Assembly (NCBI RefSeq): GCF_009914755.1
Contig: NC_060925.1
Length of the DNA: 64,000 nt
From: the human T2T-CHM13v2.0 reference genome, Homo sapiens
Reading direction: 5' to 3' (one strand)
The position numbers and the translations under genes were made by a program. Shown piece after piece: positions 17,092 through 29,815 of the stretch (its first letter is position 1; each line of letters starts with the position of its first letter). The notes under the pieces were generated by a model. It ran no database searches and was not told the DNA's origin. It saw only the letters and a program-made list of their open reading frames with translations.

Positions 17092-20000
17092 CACTACCCA
17101 ATCACCTTGGAAGCCTCCTGAACCATCACAGATGCTTTGGGTAAGTCTTACAGTGGAGGGTATGCCTATCCCCTTCTTAATCAATACAGAGGCTACCCAC
17201 TCAACATTATCTTCTTTTCAAGGGCCTGTTTCCCTTACCTCCATAACTATTAGTGGGTATTGACGGCCAGGCTTCTAAACCGATTAAAACTCCTCCACTT
17301 TGGTGCCAACTTGGACAACATTCCTTTATGCACTCCTTTTTAGTTATCCCCTCCTGCGCAGTTTCCTTATTAGGCTGAGACATTTTAACCAGATTATCTG
17401 CTTCCCTGACCATTCCTGGACTACAGCCACATCTCATTGCCACCCTTATTCCCAACCCAAAGCCTCCTTCACGTCTTCCTCTTGTATACCCCCACCTTAA
17501 TCCACAAGTATAGGACACATTTACATCCTCCCTGGCAACCAGTCACAAGCCCATTTCTATACCATTAAAACCTAATCACCCTTACACCACTCAAAGCCAG
17601 TATCCTATCCCACAACAGGCTCTAAATGGACTAAAGCCTGTTATCACTTGCCTACTAGAGCATGGGCTTCTAAAGCCTATAAACTCTCCTTACAATTCCC
17701 CCATTTTACCTGTCCTAAAACTGGACAAGTCCTACAGGTTGGTTCAGGATCTGTGCCTTATCAACCAAATTGTTTTGCCAATCCACCCTGTGGTGCCCAA
17801 CCCATACACTCTCTTGTCCTCAATACCTCCCTCTACAACTCACTATTCCATTCTTGATCTTAAAGATGCTTTTTTCACTATTCCCCTGCACCCCTCATCC
17901 AAGCCTCTCTTTGCTTTTACCTGGACTGACCCTGACACCCATCAGTCCCAGCAACTTTCCTGGGCTGTACTGCCACATGGCTTGCAGGACAGCCCTCATT
18001 ACTTCAGCCAAACTCTTTCTCATGATTTACTTTCTTTCCTCCCCTCTGCTTCTCACCTTATTCAATTCAAAATTGATGACCTTCTACTCTGTAGTCCCTC
18101 CTTTGAGTCTTCTCAAGCAGATACCCTCCTGCTCCTTCAACATTTATTCTCCAGAGGATATTGGGTATCCCCCTCTAAAGCTCAAATTTCTTCCCCATCC
18201 ATTACCTACATTGGCATAATTCTTCATAAAAACACACATGCTCTCCCTGCCGATTGTGTTTGGCTAATTTCCCAAACCCCATCCTCTTCTACAAAGCAAC
18301 AACTCCTTTCCTTCCTAGGCATAGTTAGGTACTTTCACCTCTGGATACCTGGTTTTGCCATCCTGACTAAACCATTACATAAACTCACAAAAGGAAACCT
18401 AGCTGACCCCATAGATCCTAAATACTTTCCCCACTCCTCTTTCCATTCTTTAAAAACAGCCCTAGAAGCTGCTCCCCCACTAGCTCTCCCAACTCATCCC
18501 AAACTTTTTCCATTACACTTAGCTGAAGTGCAGGGCTATGGGGTCAGAATTCTTACACAAGAGCTGGGACCACACCCTGTAGCCTTTCTGCCCAAACAAC
18601 TTGACCTTACTGTTTTAGGCGGGCCCCCACATTATTCCTGATACCACACCTGACCCCCATGACTGTATCTCTCTGATCCACTTGGCATTCACTCCATTTC
18701 CCCATATTTCCCTCTTTCCTGTTCCCTATCCAGACCACACTTAGTTTATTGACGGCAGTTCCACCAGGCCTAATCACCACTCACCAGCAAAGGCAGGTTA
18801 TGCTATAGTATCTTCCACATCTATCGTTGAGGCTACTGCTCTGCTCCATTCCACTACCTCTCAGCAAGCTGAACCCATTGCCTTAACTCAGGTCTTCAGT
18901 CTTGCAAAGGGACAATGTGTCAGTATTTATACTGACTCTAAATATATCTTCCATATACTGTACCACCATGATGTTATGTGGGCTGAAAGAGGTTTCCTCA
19001 CTATGCATGGGTCCTCCATCATTAATGCTTCTTTAATAAAAACTCTTCTCAAGGCCACTTTACTTCCAAAGGAAGCTGGAGTCATTCACTGCAAAGGCCA
19101 CCAAAAGGCATTAGATCCCATTGCTCAGGGCAACCCTTATGCTGATAGGGTAGCTGAAGAAGCAGCTAGTGTTCCAACTTCTGTCCCTCATGGCCAGTTT
19201 TTCTCCTTCTCATTGGTCACTCCTACCTACTCTCCCACTGAAACTTCCACCTATCAATCTCTTCCCAGACGAGGCAAATGGTTCTTGGACCAAGGAAAAT
19301 ATCTTCTTCCAGCCTCACAGGCCCATTCTATTCTGTCATCATTGCATGACCTCTTCCATGTAGGTTACAAGCTGCTAGCCCTCCTCTTAGAACCTCTCAT
19401 TTCCTTTCCATTGTGGAAATCTATACTCAAGGAAATAATTTTTCAGTGTTCCATCTGCTATTCTACTACTCCTCAGGGATTGTTCAGGCCCCCTCCCCCC
19501 TTCCCTACACATCAGAATTTGCTCCTGCCCAGGACTGGCAAATTGAATCTATCCACATGCCCCGAGACAAAAAACTAAAATGCCTCTTGGTCTGGGTAGA
19601 CAATTTCACTGGGTAGGTAGAGGTCTTTCCCTCAGAGTCTGAGAAGGCCACTGTGATCATCTCCTTGATATATGACATAATTCCTCGATTTGGCCTTCCT
19701 AGCTCTATACAGTCCAACAATGGGTCAGCCTTCATTAGTCAAGTCACTCAGGCAGTCTCCCAGGACCTGGGCATTCAATGGAAATGTCATGCTCCTTATC
19801 GCCCTTAATCCCCAGGAAACGTAGAAAGAATTAATGGTCTTTTAAAGACACACCTCAGCAAACTCAGCTTCCAATTTAAAAACGACTGAACAGTACTTTT
19901 ACCACTTGCCCTTCTCAGAATTCAGGCCTGTCCTCAGGATGCTACAGGGTACAGCCCATTTGAGCTCCTGTATGGACGCTCCTTTTTATTAGGCCCCAGT

Positions 20001-20390
20001 CTCATTCCAGACACCTGCTCTCTAGGTGATTATCTTCCAGTCCTCCATCAAGCTAGACAGGAAATTTTCCGAGCTGCTAATCTTCTTTTGCCTACCCCAG
20101 ATTTCCAGCCATATGAAGACACTCTAGTTTGACAGTCAGTTCTTGCTAAGAATCTGACCCCTCAGACTCTACAACCTCAGTGGACCGGATCCCACTTAGT
20201 CATCTATAGTACCCCAATGGCTGTTCATCTGCAGGAACCCACCCCCACACCGCACCCACACTGGGTTCATCATTCCAGAGTAAAGCTGTGCCCATCAGAC
20301 AGCTAGCCCGATTTCTTTTCTTCCTCCTGGAAGTCGCAAGTACTCTCTCCTTCTTCCCTTAAATTCACTCACATTTCTAAAGAACATTAA
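17092..20390 (+). pseudogene. pol: HERV-H pro-pol (PR, RT, RNase H, IN), disrupted
   Basis: PR site FLINTEA (17174-17194). RT ORF 17739-18641 has LDLKDAFF, LPHGLQDSP and IQFKIDD. RNase H motifs FIDGSS/QQAE/IYTDSKY. IN motifs H..H..CSIC, DWQIE, IQSNNG, GNVER. Confidence 0.93.
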
Positions 20391-20685
20391 TAAACCTTAT
20401 GAGCCTAATACATCCCTTCATTCTATTAGATCTATTCATCCTTTACCCCACTTTTTGCAACAGGACTTTATGCAGTCAGCCCCACTAATTAGACTGTGCC
20501 CTGAAAACTTGTCATCCATACTATCTTCTGTCTAGTCATACTCCTATTCACCATTCTCAACTACTCATAAATGCCCTGCTCTTATTTACACTGCCAGTTT
20601 CCAATGTTTCTCCAAACCATCACAACTGATATCTTCTTGTGCTATCCTCAATCTGCCACTCTTGACTCCCTCTTGGAGTGGATAG

Positions 20686-22445
20686 AGGATCTTTGCTGGC
20701 AGGGGACCCTCCAATACTTTCACCCTGGTGAAGTCCTATTCTTTAGTTTTATACTCACTCTTATTCTTATTCTCATTCCCATTACATGCCACCCTCTACC
20801 TCTCCCCAGCTATCTCCACCACACTATCAATCTCACTCACTCTCTCCTAGCCATTTCTAATCCCTCCTTAGTGGACAATTGCTGGCTTTGCATTTGCATT
20901 TCTTCCTATGCTTACACAGCTGTCCCTGCCTTACATACAGACTGGGCAACAACTCCTGTCTCCCTACACCTCTGAACTTCCTTTAACAGCCCTCACCTTT
21001 ACCCTCCTGAAGAACTTCTTTACTTTCTAGACAGGTCCAGCAAAACCTCCCCAGACATTTCACATCAGCAAGCTGCTGCCCTTCTCTGCACTTACTGAAA
21101 AAGACTTTCTCCTTATATCAACTCTACTTCCCCCATATTTGGACCCCTCACAACACAAACTACTATTCCTGTGGCTGCTCCTTTATGCATCTCTCGGCAA
21201 AGACCCACTGGAATTCCACTGGGTAACCTTTCCCTTCTCAATCCTCCTTCACTCTTCCTCTCCAAAGTTCAACTACACACATCACTGAAACAATTGGGGC
21301 TTTCCAGCTCCATATTACAGATAAGCTCTCTATCAATACTTACAAACTTAAAAACATTAGCAGTAATTATTGCTTAGGAAAACATTTACCCTGCATTTCA
21401 CTCCATCCTCGGCTACCTTCCCCTTGCTCTCCAGATTCTCCTCCCATGCCCTCTTCTTGTTTACTTATACCCAGCCCTTTAAATAACAGTGAAAGATTGC
21501 TCATAGATACTCAATGTTTTCTCATACACCATGAAAACTGAACCTCCCCCTCTATGCAGTTACCCCATCAGTCCCCATTACAACCTCTGATGGCTGCCGC
21601 CCTAGCTGGATCCTTAGGAGACTGGGTACAAGACACCTCTTTTACTACTCCTTCTCATCTTTTCACTTTGCATTTCCAATTTTGCCTTGCACAAGGCCTC
21701 TTCTGCCTCTGTGGCTCCTCCGCCTACATGTGTCTACCTGCTAATAGGACAGGTACATGTTCACTAGTTTTTCTGATTCCCAAAATTTAATTTGTAAATG
21801 GGACTGAACAACTTCTTGTCCCTCTAATGACACCAACCAGACAAAAAAGAGTTATTCCTTGAATCCCTCTATTTGTAGGGTTAGGACTTTCTGCTTCCAC
21901 TATTGCCCTTGGAGCTGGAATAGCAGGCGTTTCAACTTCTGTCACAACCTTCCACAGCCTTTCTAGTGACTTTTCTATTAGCATTACAGATATATCACAA
22001 ACTTTATCAGTCCGTCAGGCCCAGGTTGACTCCTCAGCCACAGTTGTCCTCCAAAATTGCTGAGGACTTGACCTACTCACTGCTAAAAAAGGAGGACTTT
22101 GTATATTTTTAAATGAAGAGTGTTGTTTTTACCTAAATCAATCTTGCCTGTTATATGACAACATAAAAAAAACTCAAGGATAGAGCCCCAAAACTCGCCA
22201 ACCAGGCAAATAATTACACTGGACCCACCTGGACACTCTCTAACTGGGTCTCTTGTCTCCTCCCTATTCTTAGTTCCCTGGTCCCTGTGCTTCTCTTTCT
22301 CTTATTTAGGTCTTGTGTCTTTTGTTTGGTTTCTCGATTCATACAAAACCACATTCAGACCATCACCAGTCATTCTATATGACAAATGCTACTTTTAACA
22401 ACCCGACGATACCATCCTCTGCCTCAAGATCTCCCCACAGCCTAA
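20686..22445 (+). pseudogene. env: HERV-H env (SU+TM), full span but disrupted
   Basis: Start codon changed to AGG. CWLC motif, furin site RQKR (21839-21850), fusion peptide, ISD LQNC*GLDLLTAKKGGL, CX6CC (CIFLNEECC), TM helix, ending YHPLPQDLPTA-TAA. Confidence 0.93.
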
Positions 22446-22618
22446 GTTCCTCTTCCTTGTAACTCATTATAAAATTTTCTTTAAGGTGTCCACACAGACC
22501 CTAATCCTTCTTGAAGCAGCCCTGAGAAACATTACCCATTATCTCTCCATACCACCCCCAAAAATTTTTGCTGCCCTAACACTTCACCACTATTTTGCTT
22601 TATTTTTCTTATTAATAT

Positions 22619-22631
22619 AAGAAGACAGGAA
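22619..22631 (+). other. Polypurine tract
   Basis: AAGAAGACAGGAA immediately before the 3' LTR. Confidence 0.85.
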
Positions 22632-23065
22632 TGTAAAGCCTCTGGGACCAAGTTTGCATGTATACATCCAGATGGCCTGAGGCAACCAAAAACTAGAAAG
22701 GAAGTGAAACAGCCAGCTCCTGTCTTAACTGATTGGTCAGCCTTACAACATTCCATTATGACTTGTTCCTGCCCTGCAGCAACTGATGGATCAGTCGACC
22801 TTGTGACATTCTTCTTCTGGACAATGAGCCTTATGATCTCCCCACCATGCACCTTGTGACCCCCCTCCTCTGCTGACAATAGATAACCATCTTTAACTGT
22901 AACTTTCTACTGCTTGCCCCCATACTATAAAACTGCCCCACGCCTACCTCCCTTGGCTGACTCTCTTTTCGGACTCAGCCCACTTGCACCCAAGTGAAAT
23001 AAACAACCTTGTTGCTCACACAAAGACACAACTTGGTGGCTCTCTTCACATGGATGTGCTTGACA
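22632..23065 (+). promoter_or_regulatory. 3' LTR (LTR7C-like), 434 bp
   Basis: TGTAAAGCCTCTGGGACC...GTGCTTGACA; roughly 90% identical to the 5' LTR by eye. Confidence 0.92.
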
Positions 23066-24107
23066 AGTAGCACTTCTACATGCTAATAGTAAACTATCTG
23101 AATAAGAAATAAAGAAAATAATCCCATTTACAATAGCTATAAAAAATAAAATTTCTAGAAATGTATTTGCCCAGGGAAGTGAAACAGCACTACATGAAAA
23201 TTATAAATCATAAATGAAAGAAATTAAAGAGGATATAAATATATTCCAAGTTGATGAATTGGAAGAATTAATATTTTTAAAAAGTTTATACTGCCAAAGC
23301 AGTCTGCAGATTCAACGCAATCACTATAAAAATACCAATGGCTCTCTTCACAGAAACAGAAAAAAAACTATCCTAAAATCCCATGAAAGCACAAATGACT
23401 ATGAATTATGAAAGTAATTATGGAAGCAAAAAAAATGAAGCTAAATGCATCACACTACCTAAGATTTGGTGTTAGTCACAGACTAAGACAAAGATTTGTA
23501 TGACAGGCAAAGCTATAGTCATGCCAACAGCATAGTATTGTTATAAAAAGAGACACACAGACCAATGTAATAGAATAAATGCTTCAAAAAAATGCATCTA
23601 CAGCCAACTAAGTTTTTCCAAAGTTGTCAAAAACTCACATTGGAGAACGAATAGTCTCTTCAATAAATAGTATGATGGAAATTTGATATCAACATGCAAG
23701 AATAATGAAACTAGACACCTATTGACTCAAATTAAAAACTAAAATGTGAGAATGAAAAGTATGAAACTACTAGAAGACAACGTAGGGAACACACTTCGTG
23801 ACATTGCTCGGCATAAAGACTTTTTAGATAAAAATCTCAAACATAAAAGCAGCAAAAGCAAAAATAGACAAAGGATTTCATCAAATTAAAAAGCTTCTGC
23901 ACAAAAAAAGAAAACAATCAACAGGGTGAAGTAAAGCCTACATAATGAAACAAAATATTAACAAACTATACATCTGATTATCTGATAGGAGTTTAATATC
24001 CAAAATATGTATGAAACTCAACTAATTCAGCAGTTATTATACTTCAATAAAAAGTAGGCAAAAAACCTGTATAGACATTTCTTAAAAGAAGATATACAAA
24101 TAGATTG

Positions 24108-27100
24108 TGCTGGCAGAACAAGATGGTGGAATAGAAAGCTCAACTGATCATCTTCCCTGTGAGGACACCAAGTTAACAACTATGTACACAGAAAACACAC
24201 CTTTAAAAGCACTAGAAATCAGGTGTGCACTCATACTACCTCATTTTAACTTTACATCACTGAAAGAAGCACTGAAGAGATAGAAAACACAGTCCTGAAT
24301 GGCTGACATTAACCCTCAGCAGAGGCAAGGTGCAAACAGTATCTCTGGGTGCTGGGGGATGGAGAACACAGCAAATGTGAGACATTGAACTCAGTGTTGT
24401 CCTGTTACAGCAGAAAGAAAAACCAGACCAAACTCAGCTGACTCCCAGAGGGGAGCCCACTGCCCTAAAGTGTGATCTCAGGCCAGAGAGCATTCACCAC
24501 AAGCTGACGTAAGAAACCTTAGGCCTTAACGGAACATCAGCAGTAGTCTGGCTGTACTCCTCCTGGCCTGGGTGGTGGTAGCTATGAGTTGAGGCTTCTC
24601 TGCCTTTGGAAAGGAGAGGGCAGAGTGGGAAAGACTGTGTCTTGTGGTTTGAGTGCCAGTTCAGCCACAATACAAGAGAACTCCAGATAGATTCCAGGTA
24701 GATTTTTGATTCTGGCCCCTGACTTCCTGCTGGCACTTGAGGACCCACCCAGGGCCTAGGGTACCTCACAGCCCTAAAAGGAAAGACACAGACCTGGCTG
24801 GTTTTGCCATTTGCTGATTGGAGAGCCTCAGGCCATTGAGTGAGCATAGGCAGTCATCAGGAACTGGTTACAACAGGCCTTGGGAGAGACCCAGCACTGT
24901 GCTGGCTTCATGTCTGATCAAGTATAACCATAGTGGTGGTGGCCACAGCGGTGCTTGTGTTACTCTATTTCCAGCTTTAGGTGGCTTAGAACAGAGAGGC
25001 AGACTCTGTATGTTTGGGACAATGTAAGAGAAGAGAAAAAGGATCTATGTGGTAATACAGAAAGTTTTCCCAGATCTTGTCCAAGACCATCAAGGCAGTA
25101 CCTCTATGAGTCTGCAAGAACAGCATTACTGGGCCTGTGGTGCCCCTAAAATAGACACGGCTTAGAGGAAAACACCCAAGTCCTTTCAAATACGTGAAAA
25201 GCCTTCCAAGAAGGACAGCTGCAAATAAGTTGTGACAATAAAGACTACAATATATACATAAGTCTTCAATGCCAAGACACTGAAGAATATCTACTAGCAT
25301 CAACAGCATCCCGGACAACATGATTTCACCGAAGGAAATGAATAAGGAACCAAGGACCATTCCTGGAGAAACAAAGATATGTGATCTTTCAGACAGAATT
25401 CAAAATAGATGTGTTGAAGAAATGCAAAGAAATTCAAGATAATACGGAGAAGAAATTCAGAAATCTATCAAATAAATTTAACAGAGAGATCAAAATAATT
25501 TTAAAAAATCAAACAGGAATTCCAGAGCTGAAAAATGCAATTGGCATACTGAAGAATGCATCAGCATCCTTCAATGGCAGAATGGATTAAGCAGAAGAAA
25601 GATTAGTGAGCTTGAAGACAATCTATTTAAAAATACACAGTCAGAGGAGACAAAAACAAAACAAAACAATGAAGCATGCCTACAGGATCTAGAAAATAGC
25701 CTTAAAAGGACAAATTTAAGAGTTACTGGCCTTTAAGGGAAGGCAGAGAAAGAGATAAGGATAGACATTTAGTTAAAAGGGATAATACCAGAAAACTTCC
25801 CAAACCTGGGGAAAGATATCAATATTCAAATACAAGAAGGTTATAGAACACGAAGTAGATTTAACTCAAAGAAGACTCCTCAAGACATTTAACTATCAAG
25901 CTCCCAAAGGTCAAGGATAAAGAAATAATTCTAGAAGCAACAAGAGAAAAGAAACAAATAACATACAACTGAGCTCAAATATGTCTGTCAACAGACTTTG
26001 TGTAGAAATTTTATAGCTGAGAGAGGCATAACATAAAGTGCTGAAGAAAAAAAAAATTCACACTACAATAGTATATGTGGTGAAAATATTCTTTAACCAT
26101 AAAGGAGAAATTGACTTCCCCAGACAAACAAAAGCTGAGGAATTTCATCAATACCAGACCTGTCCTACATTAAATGCTAAAGGGAGTACTTCAGTTAGAA
26201 AGAAACGCACATTAATGAGCAGTAAATAATCACCTGAAGGTATAAAACTCACTGGTAATAGTCAGTACACAGCAAAACACAGAATATTATAACACCATAA
26301 CTGTGGTGTGTAAACTACTCTTATCCTCAGTAGAAAGACTAAATGATGAACCAATCAGAAATAATTATTACCACAATTTTTCAAGACTTAGTACAATAAT
26401 ACATGAATAAAAACAACAAAAAGATTAAAAGTGGAGAAATAAGGTTAAAAAAGTTTTTATTAGTTTTTTTTGCTTGTTGGATTATGCAAATGCTGTTAGT
26501 TGTTATCAGGTTAAAATAATAGGTTATAAGATAGTATATGGAGGTCTCATGGAAACTTCAAACCAAAATAATAATAATAATAATAATACAATGGATACAC
26601 AAAAAAATACAAAGTGAGAAACCAAATCATATCACCAGAGAAAATTACTTTCACTAAAAGGAAAACAGGAAGAACAGAAAGAAGGAAGACAAGACCATAA
26701 AACGACAACTAAACAAATAACAAAATGGCAGGAGCAAGTCCTTACTTATCAATAATAACAGTGAATGTAAATGGACTAAACTCTCCAATCAAAAGTTATA
26801 GACTGGCTGAATGAATGAAATAACAAGACCGATTAACCTCTTGCCTACAAGAAACCCACTTCACCTATGAAGACACACATAGATTGAATATGAAGTTATG
26901 GAAAAAGGTATTTCATGCCAATGGAAACCAAAAGAGAGCAAGAGTTACTATACTTATATCAGACAAAATATATTTTAAGACATAAACTATAAGAAGAGAC
27001 AAAGTCACTATATAATGATAAAAGGGCTAATTTAGCAAGAGGATATAACAATTTTAGATATATCTGCACCCAACAGTGGAGCACAGAGAGGTATAAAGCA

Positions 27101-28690
27101 AATATTATTAGAGCTAAAGAGAGAGATAGGCTCCAATAAAATAACAGCTGGAAATTTCAACACTGCACTTTCAGCACTGGACAGATCTTTCAGACAAAAA
27201 TCAGCAAAGAAACATCAGCCTTAATCGTAACTACAGAGCAAATAAACCTAGTAGATATTTACAGAGCATTTCATCCAACAGCTGCAGAATACACATTATT
27301 ATCCTCAGCACATGGATTATTCTCAAGGATAAACCATATGTTAGATCACATCAGGTTTTTTTTTTGAAGTGCATACATCATCTGAAGTGCCTACATCAAA
27401 AAATAAGAAAAACTTCAAATAAACAACCTAAGAATGCATATTAAGTAACTATAAAAGCAAGAGCAAACCAACCCCAAAATTAATAGAAAAAAAATAGCTC
27501 AGAGGAGAGACAAATGACATTGAAACGAAAAAAGCAATACAAAAGATCAATGAAACAAAAAGTTTTTTTAAGTCAACAGAAGTGACAAACCTTTAGTCAG
27601 ACTAATTAATAAAAAAAAATTAAGAAAGAGAAAAAGAGGGAAGACTCAAATAAATAAAATCAGAGACAAAAAAGAGACATTACAATTCATACTGCAGAAA
27701 TCCAAAGGATCATTAGTTGCAACTATGAGCAACTGTCTGCAAATAAATTAGGAAATATATAAAAAATGAATAAATCTCTAGACCTATAAAACTAACCAAG
27801 AGTGTACCATAAATAAATCCAAAAACTGAACAGACTAATAACAAATAATGAGATTAAAGCCATAATAAAATGTCTCCCAGCAAAAAGAAGCCCACGACCC
27901 AATGGCTTTATTGCTGAATTCTATCAAATGGTTAAAAAAGAACGGCATGATACTGGCATAAAAACAAACACATAGATCAGAGGAACAGAATAAGAACCCA
28001 GAAATAAATCCATATACTTACAGTGAACTCATTTTGGACAAAATTGCCAAGAATGTACACTGGGAAAAGGCCAGTCTCTTCAATAAATAATTCTAGGAAA
28101 ACTTCATATTCATAGGCAAGAGATGAATGGATAAAGAAAAGGTGGTACATATACATAACGGATAACTATTTGGTCATAAAAAAGAATGAGATCCTGTCAT
28201 TTGCAACTACATGGATAGAACTGGAGGTAATCACGTAAAGTTAAATAAGATAGGCACAGAAAGACAAACTTTGCATGTTCTCACTTATTTGTCGGAGCCA
28301 AAGGTTAAAACATTTGAAGTTGTGTAGATGGAGAGTAGAAGGATGGTTACCAGGAGTTGGGAAGGGTATTTGGGGGATAGGCAGGATGTGGGGATGGTTA
28401 TTGAGTATAAGAAATAATTAGATAGAATGTATAAGACCTAGTATTTGCTAGTACAACAGGGGGATTACAGTAAAAAATAATTTAAATCTACATTTTCAAA
28501 TTACTGAAAGTATATAATCGGAGTGTTTGAAAACAAAGAATAAATGCTTGATGTGATGGGTACCTCTTTTGCCCTGATTTAATTATTATGCATGGCATAC
28601 CTATATCAAAATATTTCATGTAATTCATAAATATATGCATCTACTATGAGCCCACAAAAATTAAAAATAAATAATTAAAAATAAAAATAG
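24108..28690 (+). mobile_element. L1MA2/L1MA3-like element with 5' UTR, ORF1, internally deleted ORF2 and 3' UTR
   Basis: 5' end AACAAGATGGTGGAATAGAA. ORF1-like peptides at 25381 and 26038. ORF2 start ATGGCAGGAGCAAGTCC at 26725. 3' end CTACTATGAGCCCACAAAAATTAAAAAT. Confidence 0.85.
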
Positions 28691-29050
28691 GATCACCATA
28701 TGATCCACCAATCTCATTGCTGGATATACATTCGAAGGAAATTAAATCAGTATGTCAAGGATATCTGTACTCCCATATTTATTGCGACACTAATCACAAT
28801 AGCCAAAATATGGTACCAACCAAATTGCCCATTAATGCATAAATGGATAAACAAAAGGTTTTATAAATTGTGACACTATTCAGCCATTGAAAATAATTAG
28901 ATAATGTCATTTGTGACAACATGGATGAACCTGGAGTACATTATATAAGTATGATATGTCAAACACAGAAGGACAAATGCCACATAATCTCACCCAAATG
29001 TAAAATCTAAAAAAGTTAATCTCATAGAAATTGAGAGTAGAATGGTGATT

Positions 29051-29815
29051 TTTTTTAAATTTTATTATTATTATACTTTAAGCTTTAGGGTACATGTGCA
29101 CAATGTGCAGGTTTGTTACATATGTATACATGTGCCATGTTGGTGTGCTGCACCCATTAACTCGTCATTTAGCATTAGGTATATCTCCTAATGCTATCCC
29201 TCCCCCCTCCCCCCACCCCACAACAGTCCCCGGGGTGTGATGTTCCCCTTCCTGTGTCCATGTGTTCTCAATGTTCAATTCCCACCTATGAGTGAGAACA
29301 TGCAGTGTTTGGTTTTTTGTCCTTGCGATAGTTTGCGGAGAATGATGGTTTCCAGTTTCATCCATGTCCCTACAAAGGACATGAACTCATCATTTTTTAT
29401 GGCTGCATAGTATTCCATGGTGTATATGTGCCAAATTTTCTTAATCCAGTCTATCGTTGTTGGACATTTGGGTTGGTTCCAAGTCTTTGCTATTGTGAAT
29501 AGTGCCGCAATAAACATACGTGTGCATGTGTCTTTATAGCAGCATGATTTATAATCCTTTGGTTATATACCCAGTAATGGGATGGCTGGGTCAAATGGTA
29601 TTTCTAGTTCTAGATCCCTGAGGAATCGCCACACTGACTTCCACAATGGTTGAACTAGTTTACAGTTCCACCAACGAATATGGGACTACGTGAAAAGACC
29701 AAATCTATGTCTGATTGGTGTACCTGAAAGTGACGAGGAAAACACTCTGCAGGATATTATCCAGGAAAACTTCCCCAATCTAGCAAGGCAGGCCAACATT
29801 CAGATTCAGGAAATA
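29051..29815 (-). mobile_element. L1PA4-like insertion with 5' inversion (29676-29815 is an inverted ORF1 piece)
   Basis: Poly-T plus antisense 3' UTR/ORF2 end up to 29675, then sense ORF1 sequence. Perfect 13-bp TSD TAGAATGGTGATT at 29038-29050 and 29816-29828. Confidence 0.95.

Larger units (their letters stand above)
14549..23065 (+). mobile_element. HERV-H provirus, near full length (8517 bp), LTR7C-type LTRs
   Basis: Two LTRs, tRNA-His PBS, gag-pro-pol-env homology, polypurine tract, perfect 5-bp TSD AGTAG (14544-14548 and 23066-23070). Confidence 0.97.

Noticed and set aside
20571-21790. env-derived ORFs (134, 68 and 78 aa) as an exapted envelope protein
   Set aside because: Start codon lost, frameshifts in the signal peptide and SU, and stops in TM and the ISD.
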